A stretch of DNA of 64,000 nt from Dehalococcoidia bacterium (GTDB taxonomy: Bacteria > Chloroflexota > Dehalococcoidia > DSTF01 > JALHUB01): assembly GCA_034420175.1 (NCBI GenBank), contig DAOULP010000114.1, positions 4,014 to 68,013 of the forward strand, given 5' to 3'. A program made the position numbers and the translations under genes. Each line of letters opens with the position of its first letter. Positions within the stretch are counted from its first letter, which is position 1. The notes under the pieces are model-generated. The model was not told the DNA's origin and ran no database searches. It saw nothing but the letters and a program-made list of their open reading frames with translations. Positions 37,682-46,086 of the stretch are shown here, piece after piece.

Positions 37682-38002
37682 CTAGCGTCCACGGCTGGCC
37701 TCACGCACTGCCGCCTCGAAGGCCGAGATGATGGACCAGTTGACGAGGACCAGGAGGCGGTCATCCGGCAGCCCTCGCAGGGACTTCGGCAGGTGGGGGC
37801 GTAGCTCGGCCAGCACAGAGGCCACCGTCCGGTCCAGGGGTACTCCCAGCGCGACGAGGAGTTCCGCCTTGTGGTCGTGGAGGGCCCGGCGCAGGTCCTC
37901 CGGAAGGGGGCTCGCCCTGCCACGCACCAGCAGCCGGTCGTTCTCCACCACCAGGTCGGCGTCGTGGGCCCGCACCTTCTCGATGATCTCGATGGCGTTC
38001 AC
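37682..38002 (-). CDS. Small hypothetical protein (106 aa) between the primase and the small terminase
   Basis: Protein-like ORF (MNAIEIIEKVRAHDADLVVENDRLLVRG...). Its stop overlaps the primase region by 4 nt. Confidence 0.45.
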   Translation of the reverse strand: MNAIEIIEKVRAHDADLVVENDRLLVRGRASPLPEDLRRALHDHKAELLVALGVPLDRTVASVLAELRPHLPKSLRGLPDDRLLVLVNWSIISAFEAAVREASRGR

Positions 38003-40638
38003 GTGACCTCCTCTACCCAGGCGGGCTCTTCCTCGTCAGAGCGAAGTTGCGGGACGTTGTGCGGGACGTTGGAGGGTACCAGAGCCGAAGGTCCCGCGGG
38101 ATCGGCGCTGGTCTTGAATCTGTCTGCGGGACCTGCGGGACGTTGCGGGACGTTTGACGCGGTTCCTTCCACATCTTGTTCTGGAGATGTTCTTCGCGCG
38201 TGGAGGTCGGAAAAAGGTCCCGCAAGGTACCGCACGTCCCGCAACTGAATCTGAGAATCGGTGTCTTCTTGCGGGACGTTGGCCGAAATCTGCGGGACGT
38301 TGAGGGCAAGGTCCCGCATTCCCGAAGCCTCTAAGTGGTACATCGTCGCCTTCTCGTGCGCGTCGGCTTGGGTGCGGACCACCAACTCACCGAAGCAGCG
38401 GTCCCGGCGTCGCCGCAGCGCCAGCCCGAGGCGGGTCGTCAGCGCCCGGTCAGTGGCGTCGTCCTTCGCCCCACCGAAGACCGACGGCAACAGTTCCTGA
38501 TCACGGCACAGGGCGTACAGGTCGCCAGCCTTCACCGGCGTCTCTGTGTGCGCTTCCCACCAGGCACTGACGAACAGACGCCACTCCTCGGTCTCGGCGT
38601 CGGTCCGGGCGTAGAGCTCCTCCCGGTTCTCGAGAAACCCGCCGATGCTTGCCGCCTGCAGGATGCCCCCGACAACCGACGACCACGCTTCATAGGATCC
38701 CAAGGGCACCCCGTCCCAGGCGGGCCGCCCGCAAGCGATCCAGTGTTGGACGAGCACCAGGAACGCCCATACCAGTTCGTGACGGTGACGTCGCAGCCAG
38801 GCTGGAAGATCTGGGTGACGGAACGAGGTCCGCTGCCAGGGTCGGTCTACTCGGGCGTCCAGCCGGACCCACACTGTCCTCCGGGCGATCTCGTTGTCGA
38901 GCTGCAGGTTGTTGCCGGTAGCCAGCCAGACACAGCGAATCGGCAGTTCGACGATCTGGTTCCGGCCGAGGATTCGGTCCGACCACTGGCGGGCCGTCAG
39001 GGCCGCCGCGAGTGCGGCCGACCGGAGCGGCCGCTTGACGTTGTCGAGGAGCACAACCGGCAGGCCGGCGCAGAGACTGGAGGTGATCCGCTTTCGCATC
39101 TCCTCCTCGTGCCGGGTCTCCGTCATCACGGCGGGCGGCATGCCCAGGGCGACGATCCCGATGCCGTGGGCCAGCAGGCCCTTGCCGGTGCCGGCCACCG
39201 GACAGTCAATGGCGAACAGGGGAGTTGGCCCGTCTATCAGCTCTCGGGCAACAGCCGTGAGGGGTGTGGCGACCGTGTTGGCACAGGAGGCCTCGTCCAC
39301 GAAGGGGAAGTCGCTCAGCCATTCCAGCCTGACGATCTCCTTCGCCCGCTGCAGATCGGTGGCGTCTGGCCTTTCGGCGACGGACGGCAGTGCCTCGCCG
39401 CTCGGCTCGTAGTAGAGGCCGGTGTCCCGCTGGTAGCCCGCCTCGGTGACCAGCGAGCCGTTGGCCGCGAAGACCGGCGTCTTGACCACGCCGCGAAGGA
39501 TGGGTAGAGGGCGGGGGAGCGCAAGCATGTCTTCGACCACCTCCTTCGGCGGCCAGGCGGGCCGCAGTCCTTCCTTGCTCTGCCGCAGCCACTCAGCAGA
39601 GCGGTCCAGCCGCCCGCGGAGGCCAGCCGGGGTCAGGTGAGAGATGCGAGCGCAGCCGTCGTCGTCGCGCCCGATCTCGGCGATGACGCCGCCGTGGCGG
39701 AACAGTACTGGAGGAGAGTCGCTGCCCAGGAGCGCATCCCAGCCGTCCTGGGCGAGCGCGTGGAGACGGCGGTCGGTGACCATGATCCGTCGCTGCTTGC
39801 CCAACACCATCACCGGATCGTGGGTGGGCCGCCGCTCACGCCCCTCGATGAAGTGCGTCCCGATGTCCAGGAGTTCGCTCTCCGGCAGCGGGGGTGAGCA
39901 CTGCCGTTTGTTGACGACCTGCAGCAGATCGATAAGCGTCTCCGCCGCCATCCCCTCCACCCAGACCTTGGCGGCGTACGAAACCAGCGCATTGTGGCGG
40001 CCCCCACCCTCGTGGACGATACCGGCCAGTGCCTCGTAGTCTCGGCGGCCGTCTGGCTGCTCGGAGGCGAGGGCGAACCTGAAGGCGGGCAGCAGCCTGG
40101 CGAGCCAGGCAACGGGGTCGTCCACCTCCATCGGTGCTATCCCGTCAGGGCTCAAACGGACGTACGGCCTGCCCCCGATGACGCTTGGCGGGACGAGGAC
40201 GTAGGCGCGGGCGGCCTTGAGTTCACCCAGCTTGCGTCCATCCTGGAGGTGGAGGGTCCGAGACTGGACGGGTGCTGACGAAACGGCGACAATGTGGAGG
40301 CCTTCACGAGGGGTTCGGATGATCTCGGTCGTCAGGGGGAGAGCGACATCCTTGACGAGTTCCTCGGCCACGTCTGGTAGGTCGATGTCGATGCGAGGGG
40401 CCTGGTCGGTGCAGACAGCGAGGTTGGCGGAGGGCCACCTCTGCCACCAGCCCTGGATGGTGTCAGGGTCGGAGGTAGCGTCGTCAAGTCCGTTCTTGGT
40501 GAGGGGGTGCTTGCCGGGAGACGGGCAGGCCGCCGCTTTGGGGCACTGGCAGAGGCCGTCGTCATCGGTCCACCAAATCGGTAGCACACACGGGCCCACG
40601 CGGGAGCGCCCCAAGGCGGCCTCCAGCAGCGGGTTCAT
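37999..40638 (-). CDS. Bifunctional primase-polymerase (PrimPol N-terminal domain) / P4-alpha-like replication protein
   Basis: N-terminus ...PGKHPLTKNGLDDATSDPDTIQGWWQRWPSANLAVCTDQAPRIDIDLPD is the PrimPol signature. Central ...DCPVAGTGKGLLAHG is a P-loop-like motif. The C-terminal tail contains NVPQ repeats encoded by the iteron array. Confidence 0.85.
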   Translation of the reverse strand: MNPLLEAALGRSRVGPCVLPIWWTDDDGLCQCPKAAACPSPGKHPLTKNGLDDATSDPDTIQGWWQRWPSANLAVCTDQAPRIDIDLPDVAEELVKDVALPLTTEIIRTPREGLHIVAVSSAPVQSRTLHLQDGRKLGELKAARAYVLVPPSVIGGRPYVRLSPDGIAPMEVDDPVAWLARLLPAFRFALASEQPDGRRDYEALAGIVHEGGGRHNALVSYAAKVWVEGMAAETLIDLLQVVNKRQCSPPLPESELLDIGTHFIEGRERRPTHDPVMVLGKQRRIMVTDRRLHALAQDGWDALLGSDSPPVLFRHGGVIAEIGRDDDGCARISHLTPAGLRGRLDRSAEWLRQSKEGLRPAWPPKEVVEDMLALPRPLPILRGVVKTPVFAANGSLVTEAGYQRDTGLYYEPSGEALPSVAERPDATDLQRAKEIVRLEWLSDFPFVDEASCANTVATPLTAVARELIDGPTPLFAIDCPVAGTGKGLLAHGIGIVALGMPPAVMTETRHEEEMRKRITSSLCAGLPVVLLDNVKRPLRSAALAAALTARQWSDRILGRNQIVELPIRCVWLATGNNLQLDNEIARRTVWVRLDARVDRPWQRTSFRHPDLPAWLRRHRHELVWAFLVLVQHWIACGRPAWDGVPLGSYEAWSSVVGGILQAASIGGFLENREELYARTDAETEEWRLFVSAWWEAHTETPVKAGDLYALCRDQELLPSVFGGAKDDATDRALTTRLGLALRRRRDRCFGELVVRTQADAHEKATMYHLEASGMRDLALNVPQISANVPQEDTDSQIQLRDVRYLAGPFSDLHARRTSPEQDVEGTASNVPQRPAGPADRFKTSADPAGPSALVPSNVPHNVPQLRSDEEEPAWVEEVT
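38040..38330. repeat. Iteron array, putative replication origin: >=10 copies of TGCGGGAC(G/C)T in both orientations
   Basis: TTGCGGGACGTT at 38047, 38059, 38133, 38144, 38269 and 38290. Inverted copies (ACGTCCCGCA / GGTCCCGCA) at ~38091, 38215, 38236 and 38308. They lie within the last ~100 codons of the primase gene. Confidence 0.65.
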
Positions 40639-40681
40639 AGCGCGACCACCCTCTGGAGCTTGGTGTAGTTCTGACTCGCAC

Positions 40682-41161
40682 GCGTGCCCCTGCGGCTTCT
40701 ACCAGGACCCGACGAAGGAGTGTAGCTGCAGTGAATCGACGGTCAGCCGCTACCAGAAGCGGATATCCGGGCCGCTCATGGACCGCGTGGACATCTTCGT
40801 CGAAGTGCCGCGCGTGGACTACGAGAAGCTGGCCGCCGAGACGGCCGGCGAGCCTTCGGCCGCGGTTCGCGCCCGGGTAGAGGGCGGCCGGCGGGTCCAG
40901 GGGGCCCGCTTCGAGGGCAGCCGCCTGGCGTGCAACGCCGAGATGGGCCCGACGGAGGTGCGGGAGTTCTGTCAGGACCGGCTGGAGGAGTCCGCACGCT
41001 CCCTCCTTCGGTTGGCCATGCAGCAGTTGGCGCTGTCGGCGCGGGCCTTTCACCGGGTGCTCAAGCTCGCTCGCACCATCGCCGACCTTGCCAGCCAAGA
41101 AGAGATCGCCTCTCAGCACGTGGCGGAGGCGATCCAGTACCGGAACCGAGGCCGTGCCTGA
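40682..41161 (+). pseudogene. comM: 3' fragment (~158 codons) of comM/yifB (Mg-chelatase-like AAA+ protein)
   Basis: ARPCGFYQDPTKECSCSESTVSRYQKRISGPLMDRVDIFVEVPRVDYEKL...FHRVLKLARTIADLASQEEIASQHVAEAIQYR aligns by eye with the YifB/ComM C-terminus (CxCG..GDP...C.C......Y..RiSGPllDRiDl.veVp...). No N-terminal AAA+/Lon part is found anywhere in the window. Confidence 0.8.
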
Positions 41162-41210
41162 GGCCGCGGACGGACTCGTCCGCGGCTGCCATTGGAAGAG
41201 GTGAACTCGT

Positions 41211-42593
41211 ATGAATCGATTCGTGTTGTTCGTAGTGGTCTTTGCGCTGGTGCTCGCGGCGTGCGGGGGGAACGGCGAGCCCGCCGGCCCGACCCAGCCT
41301 GCTGAAGATGGTGCTCCCTCCGGTCCGGTAAGCATCACCTTCTGGCACTCGGAGACGGCGTCGTCCAGCGACAACCTCGTGAAGCTCATCGATCGGTTTA
41401 ACGCCTCCCAGGACGAGGTGAAGGTGGAGCCCATCTTTCAGGGCACCGACGCCGACCTGACGCTCAAGCTCATAGCCGGTCTCTCCGGCGGGAACGTACC
41501 GGCGGTCGCCTACGCGTCAGAGCCGTACACGCAGACGATGATCGATAGCCAGCAGATAATCCCCATCCAGGAGTACGTCGACCGCGACGGCTATGACCTC
41601 TCGGATATCGCCGCGCCGGCGCTCGCCTACTACACCGTTGACGACACCCTCTACGCGATGCCGTACAGCCTGGCGGTGCCGCTCATGTACTACAACAAGA
41701 TCCCATTCCGAGAGGTGGGGCTCGACCCGGAGCAGCCGCCTCGAGACCTTGACGAAGCACGGGCCGCATCGGAGAAGCTCCTGCAGAGGGACTCGGCCGG
41801 CAACATCACCCGTCACGGCTTCGCGCTGGAGATTCACCCCTGGTACATGGAGCTCATACTGGCCGGCGCCGGCGAGCTCTATGTGAACAACGAGAACGGG
41901 AGGGAAGGCGTCGCCACGGAGGTCGCGTTCGACAACGACGCCGGCCGGACGCTGTTCCAGTGGTGGCACGACATGGTTGCCGAGGGCCTGGCTCTGAACG
42001 TCGGTGTGGACCCCAGCGGCGCCAACGGCCTGCTGGCGGTTGGCGCTGGACAGGCTGTCATGGTCTTCAGCACCTCGTCCGCGCTGCGTTCGATCTTCGA
42101 TGTCCTGGAGACGGGACTAGAGGGCCTCGAGCTGGGCGTCGCGCCCGTTCCGGGCATCCCCGGGGCGGTGCCGGAGGGTTCGCCCGGTGTCTACTCTCGG
42201 GCGCTGTGGATCATGAGCCCGCGCCCGGAAGCGGAGCAGGAGGCGGGCTGGAAGTTCATTCAGTGGCTGATGGAGCCGGAGCAGCAGGCGGAGTGGTTCG
42301 CGGGAAGCGGGTACCTCCCCGTACGCGAGTCTGCCTACGACCAGCCGGCGGCGCAAGATACCATCGCTAGCTACCCGGAGTTCCAGATACCGGTCGACCT
42401 ATTCGCGAAGACGGCGACAACGACGGCTGCCCTCGGTCCCCTCCTTGGTCCCTTCCAACAGGTGCGGGAAGCCGTCATTGATGCTATCGAGAGCTTGGTA
42501 TCCGGCAGCGCCGACCCGGACCAGGCGATGGACGCCGCGGTCAAGGCGGGGAACGCTGCCATCGACGAGTACAACCGCCGTCTCGACCGCTGA
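41211..42593 (+). CDS. ABC transporter extracellular solute-binding lipoprotein (family 1, sugar-type)
   Basis: MNRFVLFVVVFALVLAACGG lipobox. Overall SBP-family-1 pattern (..ITFWH...W...F..AS.NLVKLIDRFN...). Its RBS lies within the comM fragment's end. Confidence 0.8.
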   Translation: MNRFVLFVVVFALVLAACGGNGEPAGPTQPAEDGAPSGPVSITFWHSETASSSDNLVKLIDRFNASQDEVKVEPIFQGTDADLTLKLIAGLSGGNVPAVAYASEPYTQTMIDSQQIIPIQEYVDRDGYDLSDIAAPALAYYTVDDTLYAMPYSLAVPLMYYNKIPFREVGLDPEQPPRDLDEARAASEKLLQRDSAGNITRHGFALEIHPWYMELILAGAGELYVNNENGREGVATEVAFDNDAGRTLFQWWHDMVAEGLALNVGVDPSGANGLLAVGAGQAVMVFSTSSALRSIFDVLETGLEGLELGVAPVPGIPGAVPEGSPGVYSRALWIMSPRPEAEQEAGWKFIQWLMEPEQQAEWFAGSGYLPVRESAYDQPAAQDTIASYPEFQIPVDLFAKTATTTAALGPLLGPFQQVREAVIDAIESLVSGSADPDQAMDAAVKAGNAAIDEYNRRLDR

Positions 42594-42830
42594 GCGTGTG
42601 GTGAAGCGAGAGAGCCTCGCCCTCGACCCACCGTGACCAGTGGCGCTCTGGGCGAGGTGTTGGTGGCGGCGGTGCGCAGGCATCTCTGGCCGTGCGGCCG
42701 TCCCCAGCCCCTGACGCGACTCCGTCGCCCAGTTGGCTGCGGACAGTATCCAGGACCAAGCGCCGGCATCGGATCATCGGGCCGAACATGCTCTTGCCAG
42801 GCTCTGTGCTCCGGTCTAAGATCAGGTAGT

Positions 42831-42906
42831 GCCCCCGTAGCTCAGTTGGATAGAGCACCGGCCTCCGGAGCCGGGTGCGTGGGTTCGAGTCCCGCCGGGG
42901 GTACCA
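42831..42906 (+). tRNA. tRNA-Arg (anticodon CCG), CCA encoded
   Basis: GCCCCCGTAGCTCAGTTGGATAGAGCACCGGCCTCCGGAGCCGGGTGCGTGGGTTCGAGTCCCGCCGGGGGTACCA. Cloverleaf has a 7-bp acceptor stem, D-arm GCTC/GAGC, anticodon stem CCGGC/GCCGG with loop CTCCGGA, and T-arm GGG..TTCGAGT..CCC. Confidence 0.85.
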
Positions 42907-44341
42907 TACCCACACAAGTTGGTCGGCACATATCACGCCGAATCACAAACAGCGGCTCGAACTCCGGCCACGGGCGGACCCAGAGCCGCTTGCCGCGAGT
43001 ATCTATCCTCACCCACTGGAACAAGATGCGGCAGGCCTCCCGCCGCTCTTCCATCGTCATCCCGTTCCACACCTGGCCGATGCTGGTCAGCCGCTCTCCG
43101 GCGAAGCGGACGACGTCCGGAGAGCCGACCGGTAGCCGGGCGAGACGATCATCGATGGCCTGCAGCTGAAGCCGCCATTCCTGCTCGGACAGCGCTGCTT
43201 CGACGTAGGCCATCGTGGCTCTCCGCTTCTTGGCCTCCAGTTCCGTTCGCTCACCGTCGTCGTGCTTGGGCAAGCGTCGCGCTTCGCGGTCGATCTCCGC
43301 CAGCCAGTCGCGGTCCATCGCCATCTCGTGGATGATTCGGTCGACCTCGGCCTCCGCCTGCTCGCACCGCCACATAGCCCCAGCGATGGGGCAGGGATCC
43401 CCGCGCAGGTGGGAAGTCTCCCGGTAGTAGGCGTATCGGTTGCCCGTCCCTGACTTGGTTTGGTGGATCGGTCCGTCGCACTCAGAGCACCGGGCGAGGC
43501 CCGAGAGCATTCGCGGCTGCCGGGCGTGAGAGGACTGCCTCCGCACGCGCTGTTGAGCTGCCAGCCACAGGTCCTCCGTGGTGATGGCCTCGTGCGCTCC
43601 CCGGCGGCGCTCGCCCTTGTAGTGCACGAATCCGGCGTAGAAGTCGTTCTCGATGATCGACTGCACAGCGGAGACTGTGAACGTCGTGTGGCCCTGCTTG
43701 GAGTGCGGGCGGAGTCCCTGCGCGTTCCAGCGGCGGGCGATCTCCGTGTAGCCCGCGCCGGCGGCATAGTCGCGCACGGCTTCCGCGATCGCTGCTGCCT
43801 CCTCGGGCACCGGCACCAGCGGATGCTTGGTGGTTTCCCCCCTGCGATAGCCAAATGGAACATCCCCGACATGTAGCCCCAGCTCGAACCGCTCCCGCAT
43901 CGACTTCTTGATGTGGAAGCTCATCTTGCGAGACCAGTACGAGCCAAGGCTCAGGTCGATGCCGAGCATCATGCGCCCTTCGGGCGTGTGGTAGTCAATG
44001 TCGGGGCTAGAGGCGTTGACGAGTTTGATGTCGTTCCGATCGAGGAGATTGAAGATACCGTGTCCCAATTCCTCGTCGCGGGCGAAGCGGCTTAGGTCGT
44101 GCACAAGCAGGACATCGATGACGTGTTGCTCCACGTCACGCTTGATATCAAGCATCGTCTTGCGCTTGCCGATTTCGTTGGTGAAGGCGGATTCACCGGC
44201 GCCGATGTACTCGCGGACCACCTGCCAGCCTCTTTGCCGACAGAGGTTCCCAATCACCCGGCGCTGGGCGTCCAGCGACAGTCGCTCGCTCAATGCCTGA
44301 TCGGCGTCACTCACTCGGAGAAGCCGGCCCGCTCGTGTCAT
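42842..44341 (-). CDS. Large serine recombinase (integrase); the ORF's last ~21 codons overlap the tRNA-Arg gene
   Basis: N-terminal resolvase catalytic domain LLRVSDADQALSERLSLDAQRR...VVREYIGAGESAF...IDVLLVHDLSRFAR. Recombinase domain ...GDVPFGYRR...F.R. Zn-ribbon-like LARCSECDGPIH. A coiled-coil follows. Confidence 0.85.
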   Translation of the reverse strand: MTRAGRLLRVSDADQALSERLSLDAQRRVIGNLCRQRGWQVVREYIGAGESAFTNEIGKRKTMLDIKRDVEQHVIDVLLVHDLSRFARDEELGHGIFNLLDRNDIKLVNASSPDIDYHTPEGRMMLGIDLSLGSYWSRKMSFHIKKSMRERFELGLHVGDVPFGYRRGETTKHPLVPVPEEAAAIAEAVRDYAAGAGYTEIARRWNAQGLRPHSKQGHTTFTVSAVQSIIENDFYAGFVHYKGERRRGAHEAITTEDLWLAAQQRVRRQSSHARQPRMLSGLARCSECDGPIHQTKSGTGNRYAYYRETSHLRGDPCPIAGAMWRCEQAEAEVDRIIHEMAMDRDWLAEIDREARRLPKHDDGERTELEAKKRRATMAYVEAALSEQEWRLQLQAIDDRLARLPVGSPDVVRFAGERLTSIGQVWNGMTMEERREACRILFQWVRIDTRGKRLWVRPWPEFEPLFVIRRDMCRPTCVGMVPPAGLEPTHPAPEAGALSN

Positions 44342-44573
44342 GCTCCGCTATCTGCTCCATCAATTGCCTGCGCCAGGACCGCACCAGCAGTTCCGCCAGC
44401 CGGTCCCGCCGGGCGCTACCAATCTCCCGATGGCATCGGTGGTATATGGGCGTAACCCTTGGCAAGAAGTCAACCGTTCCGTCCAAACAAACAAGGCTCC
44501 CTCGAACCCTTCCCAGGTCCGATGGGGGCCTCTCCGCCACCCCGAGCGACGTATCAGGTTGTCCCAGTCAATC

Positions 44574-44801
44574 CTAGAGCTTCGGCTCTAGGTCGATCTC
44601 AAGCTCGCCGTTCCTCCTTTTGCGCCAGGTCAGCCGCCCGTAGTCGAGCGATCGCAAGAGCACGCCACGGTTGGCTTCCAGCTTCTGCTTTATGGCCTCA
44701 ACCAACTGGTCCACGAGCCGGGCGCGCTCGTCCACCATACCCTCACGTTGCTTCCATGCGCTCTGCCAGCGCTGGCTGAACGTAGACCTTCTCCCGTCCA
44801 T
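44574..44801 (-). CDS. Small hypothetical protein (75 aa) between ImmA and the serine recombinase
   Basis: Protein-like ORF (…MVDERARLVDQLVEAIKQKLEANRGVLLRSLDYGRLTW…). Function unknown; it may be a recombination directionality or regulatory factor. Inference only. Confidence 0.3.
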   Translation of the reverse strand: MDGRRSTFSQRWQSAWKQREGMVDERARLVDQLVEAIKQKLEANRGVLLRSLDYGRLTWRKRRNGELEIDLEPKL

Positions 44802-45489
44802 CTTCCCTGTTCACTACGATCCACCCTTCAAGGGTCAACTGCGTGACGAGAGCGGAGATGTTGGCCCCGATGTCCCCCGCTGCTCGGTAGAGCAGCGGCC
44901 AAGCACCAGGAGCTGGGCCGGATGAACGACAGCCCAGACGGCAGAGCCTCTGGAAGGACTCTGACCGGGCCAGAGCTGGCAGCGAAATGGCCGCGGCGCG
45001 CCCCGCCTCCTCCGCCCAGAACTCCCGCTGCTGCTCCTCAGGAGGGGCGCCACGCCTCAGCGAGCGGTGGCAAGTGATGACCGGGCCAGCCTCGAATCCG
45101 GGCAGCGAAGACTGCGGAGCCACCTTCAGCATGTCTAGGTCACGCACCACGTGTATGACCTCGTGCCACTTGCCCACGTTCTGCACGCCCTCTGCGTCCT
45201 TCACGCCGGGGATTTGCCCCGTCAGCGTGTTCACCCGCACCGCCGGCCGGCCATCCTCCCATCGGGTTTCGGCGAATCGGTTGTCCCCCAGTGGCACGTA
45301 TCGCAGGTCTACACCCAGGAAGTCAGTGAGGAGCTCGTCCACGACCTTGGCGGGCGGGGGCGGCACGGCGACACCGTACTCGCGCTGGTACTCCCCGAGG
45401 AGACCATCTCTCAGCCTCCGGCCAAAGGCCCACGCTTCCTCTCGGACCTTGCGTCTCCCGTCAGCCTTCGGTGTCATCGTCCTCGCCAT
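44743..45489 (-). CDS. ImmA/IrrE-family zinc metallopeptidase
   Basis: HEVIHVV is an HExxH motif in the typical ImmA context (...AETRWEDGRPAVRVN...). Start chosen at the internal Met (MARTMTPK) to limit overlap with the upstream HTH gene. Confidence 0.7.
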   Translation of the reverse strand: MARTMTPKADGRRKVREEAWAFGRRLRDGLLGEYQREYGVAVPPPPAKVVDELLTDFLGVDLRYVPLGDNRFAETRWEDGRPAVRVNTLTGQIPGVKDAEGVQNVGKWHEVIHVVRDLDMLKVAPQSSLPGFEAGPVITCHRSLRRGAPPEEQQREFWAEEAGRAAAISLPALARSESFQRLCRLGCRSSGPAPGAWPLLYRAAGDIGANISALVTQLTLEGWIVVNREDGREKVYVQPALAERMEAT

Positions 45490-46018
45490 GGAGGCTCTGG
45501 AGCAGGTTCGCCACAGCGGCCCGCCGCCCCCTCTCAAGCTGCAGAAGCTGTTGAATGGCTCTGGCTGTGCTCCTGGCTTCTGCTTCTGGAAGGCCGACCT
45601 CCCGCGCCAGGGCCAAAGCACGAGGATCGACCTCCTCACCCGTGCCACGGAGAGAACTGTCGCCACTGGCCGACCTCCGCAGCGCCGTCTGTCCCACCCT
45701 ATCCCCTTCGCCAACCATGCGATCCAGGATCTGACGCGGCAGACAATCCGCCAGCTCCAGCATCAGTTTCAGATCCCCGCCGAGTGCATCGGCGATTCGG
45801 GCCACGGTGTCCGCCTTGGGCACTGTTGAGTCGTTCTCAACTCGCGACAAGTGAGAGTACGACAGGCCCGTCCGGTCCGCGACCGTCTGCAGGCTGCATT
45901 TCTGCCCTCGCCTTAGGCGCCGGATGTACTCTCCCAGGGACAGTTGAGCATCCATCTCGAGCAGATGGTAGCACAGGTTGCTGTACAGCGCAATAGTTGC
46001 CAGAGAAGATTTCTTCAC
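45461..46018 (-). CDS. XRE-family helix-turn-helix transcriptional regulator (ImmR-like)
   Basis: LGEYIRRLRRGQKCSLQTVADRTGLSYSHLSRVENDSTVPKADTVARIADALGGDL is a canonical HTH_3. Paired with ImmA downstream. Confidence 0.75.
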   Translation of the reverse strand: MKKSSLATIALYSNLCYHLLEMDAQLSLGEYIRRLRRGQKCSLQTVADRTGLSYSHLSRVENDSTVPKADTVARIADALGGDLKLMLELADCLPRQILDRMVGEGDRVGQTALRRSASGDSSLRGTGEEVDPRALALAREVGLPEAEARSTARAIQQLLQLERGRRAAVANLLQSLHGEDDDTEG

Positions 46019-46086
46019 CCGCTATCGTGATTGTGTCAGAAGTCCGAGTTCAGGCCGGCGTCGCCTGCTGTCCAGCCGGAGCACGA

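Larger units (their letters stand above)
33664..40680. mobile_element. P4/PICI-like satellite element remnant (primase-ori, TerS, ParB-MTase, accessory ORFs); no integrase seen inside
   Basis: All genes are co-oriented on the minus strand. A PrimPol primase with iterons plus a small terminase subunit and no structural genes is the hallmark gene set of phage satellites. It abuts the truncated comM/yifB fragment at ~40680. Confidence 0.5.

Noticed and set aside
38040-38330. CRISPR array?
   Set aside because: The repeats are only 10-12 bp, are in both orientations and are not separated by unique ~30-bp spacers. They lie inside a coding region, so they are iterons, not CRISPR. No cas genes are in the window.
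38335-39507. 390-aa plus-strand ORF
   Set aside because: It is antisense to the strongly supported PrimPol primase gene, with R/P/G-rich composition and no motifs.
40217-40681. Upstream part of plus-strand ORF 40217..41161
   Set aside because: Only the portion from ~40682 matches the YifB/ComM C-terminus. Upstream is primase antisense sequence, so this is a gene fragment, not a 314-aa protein.
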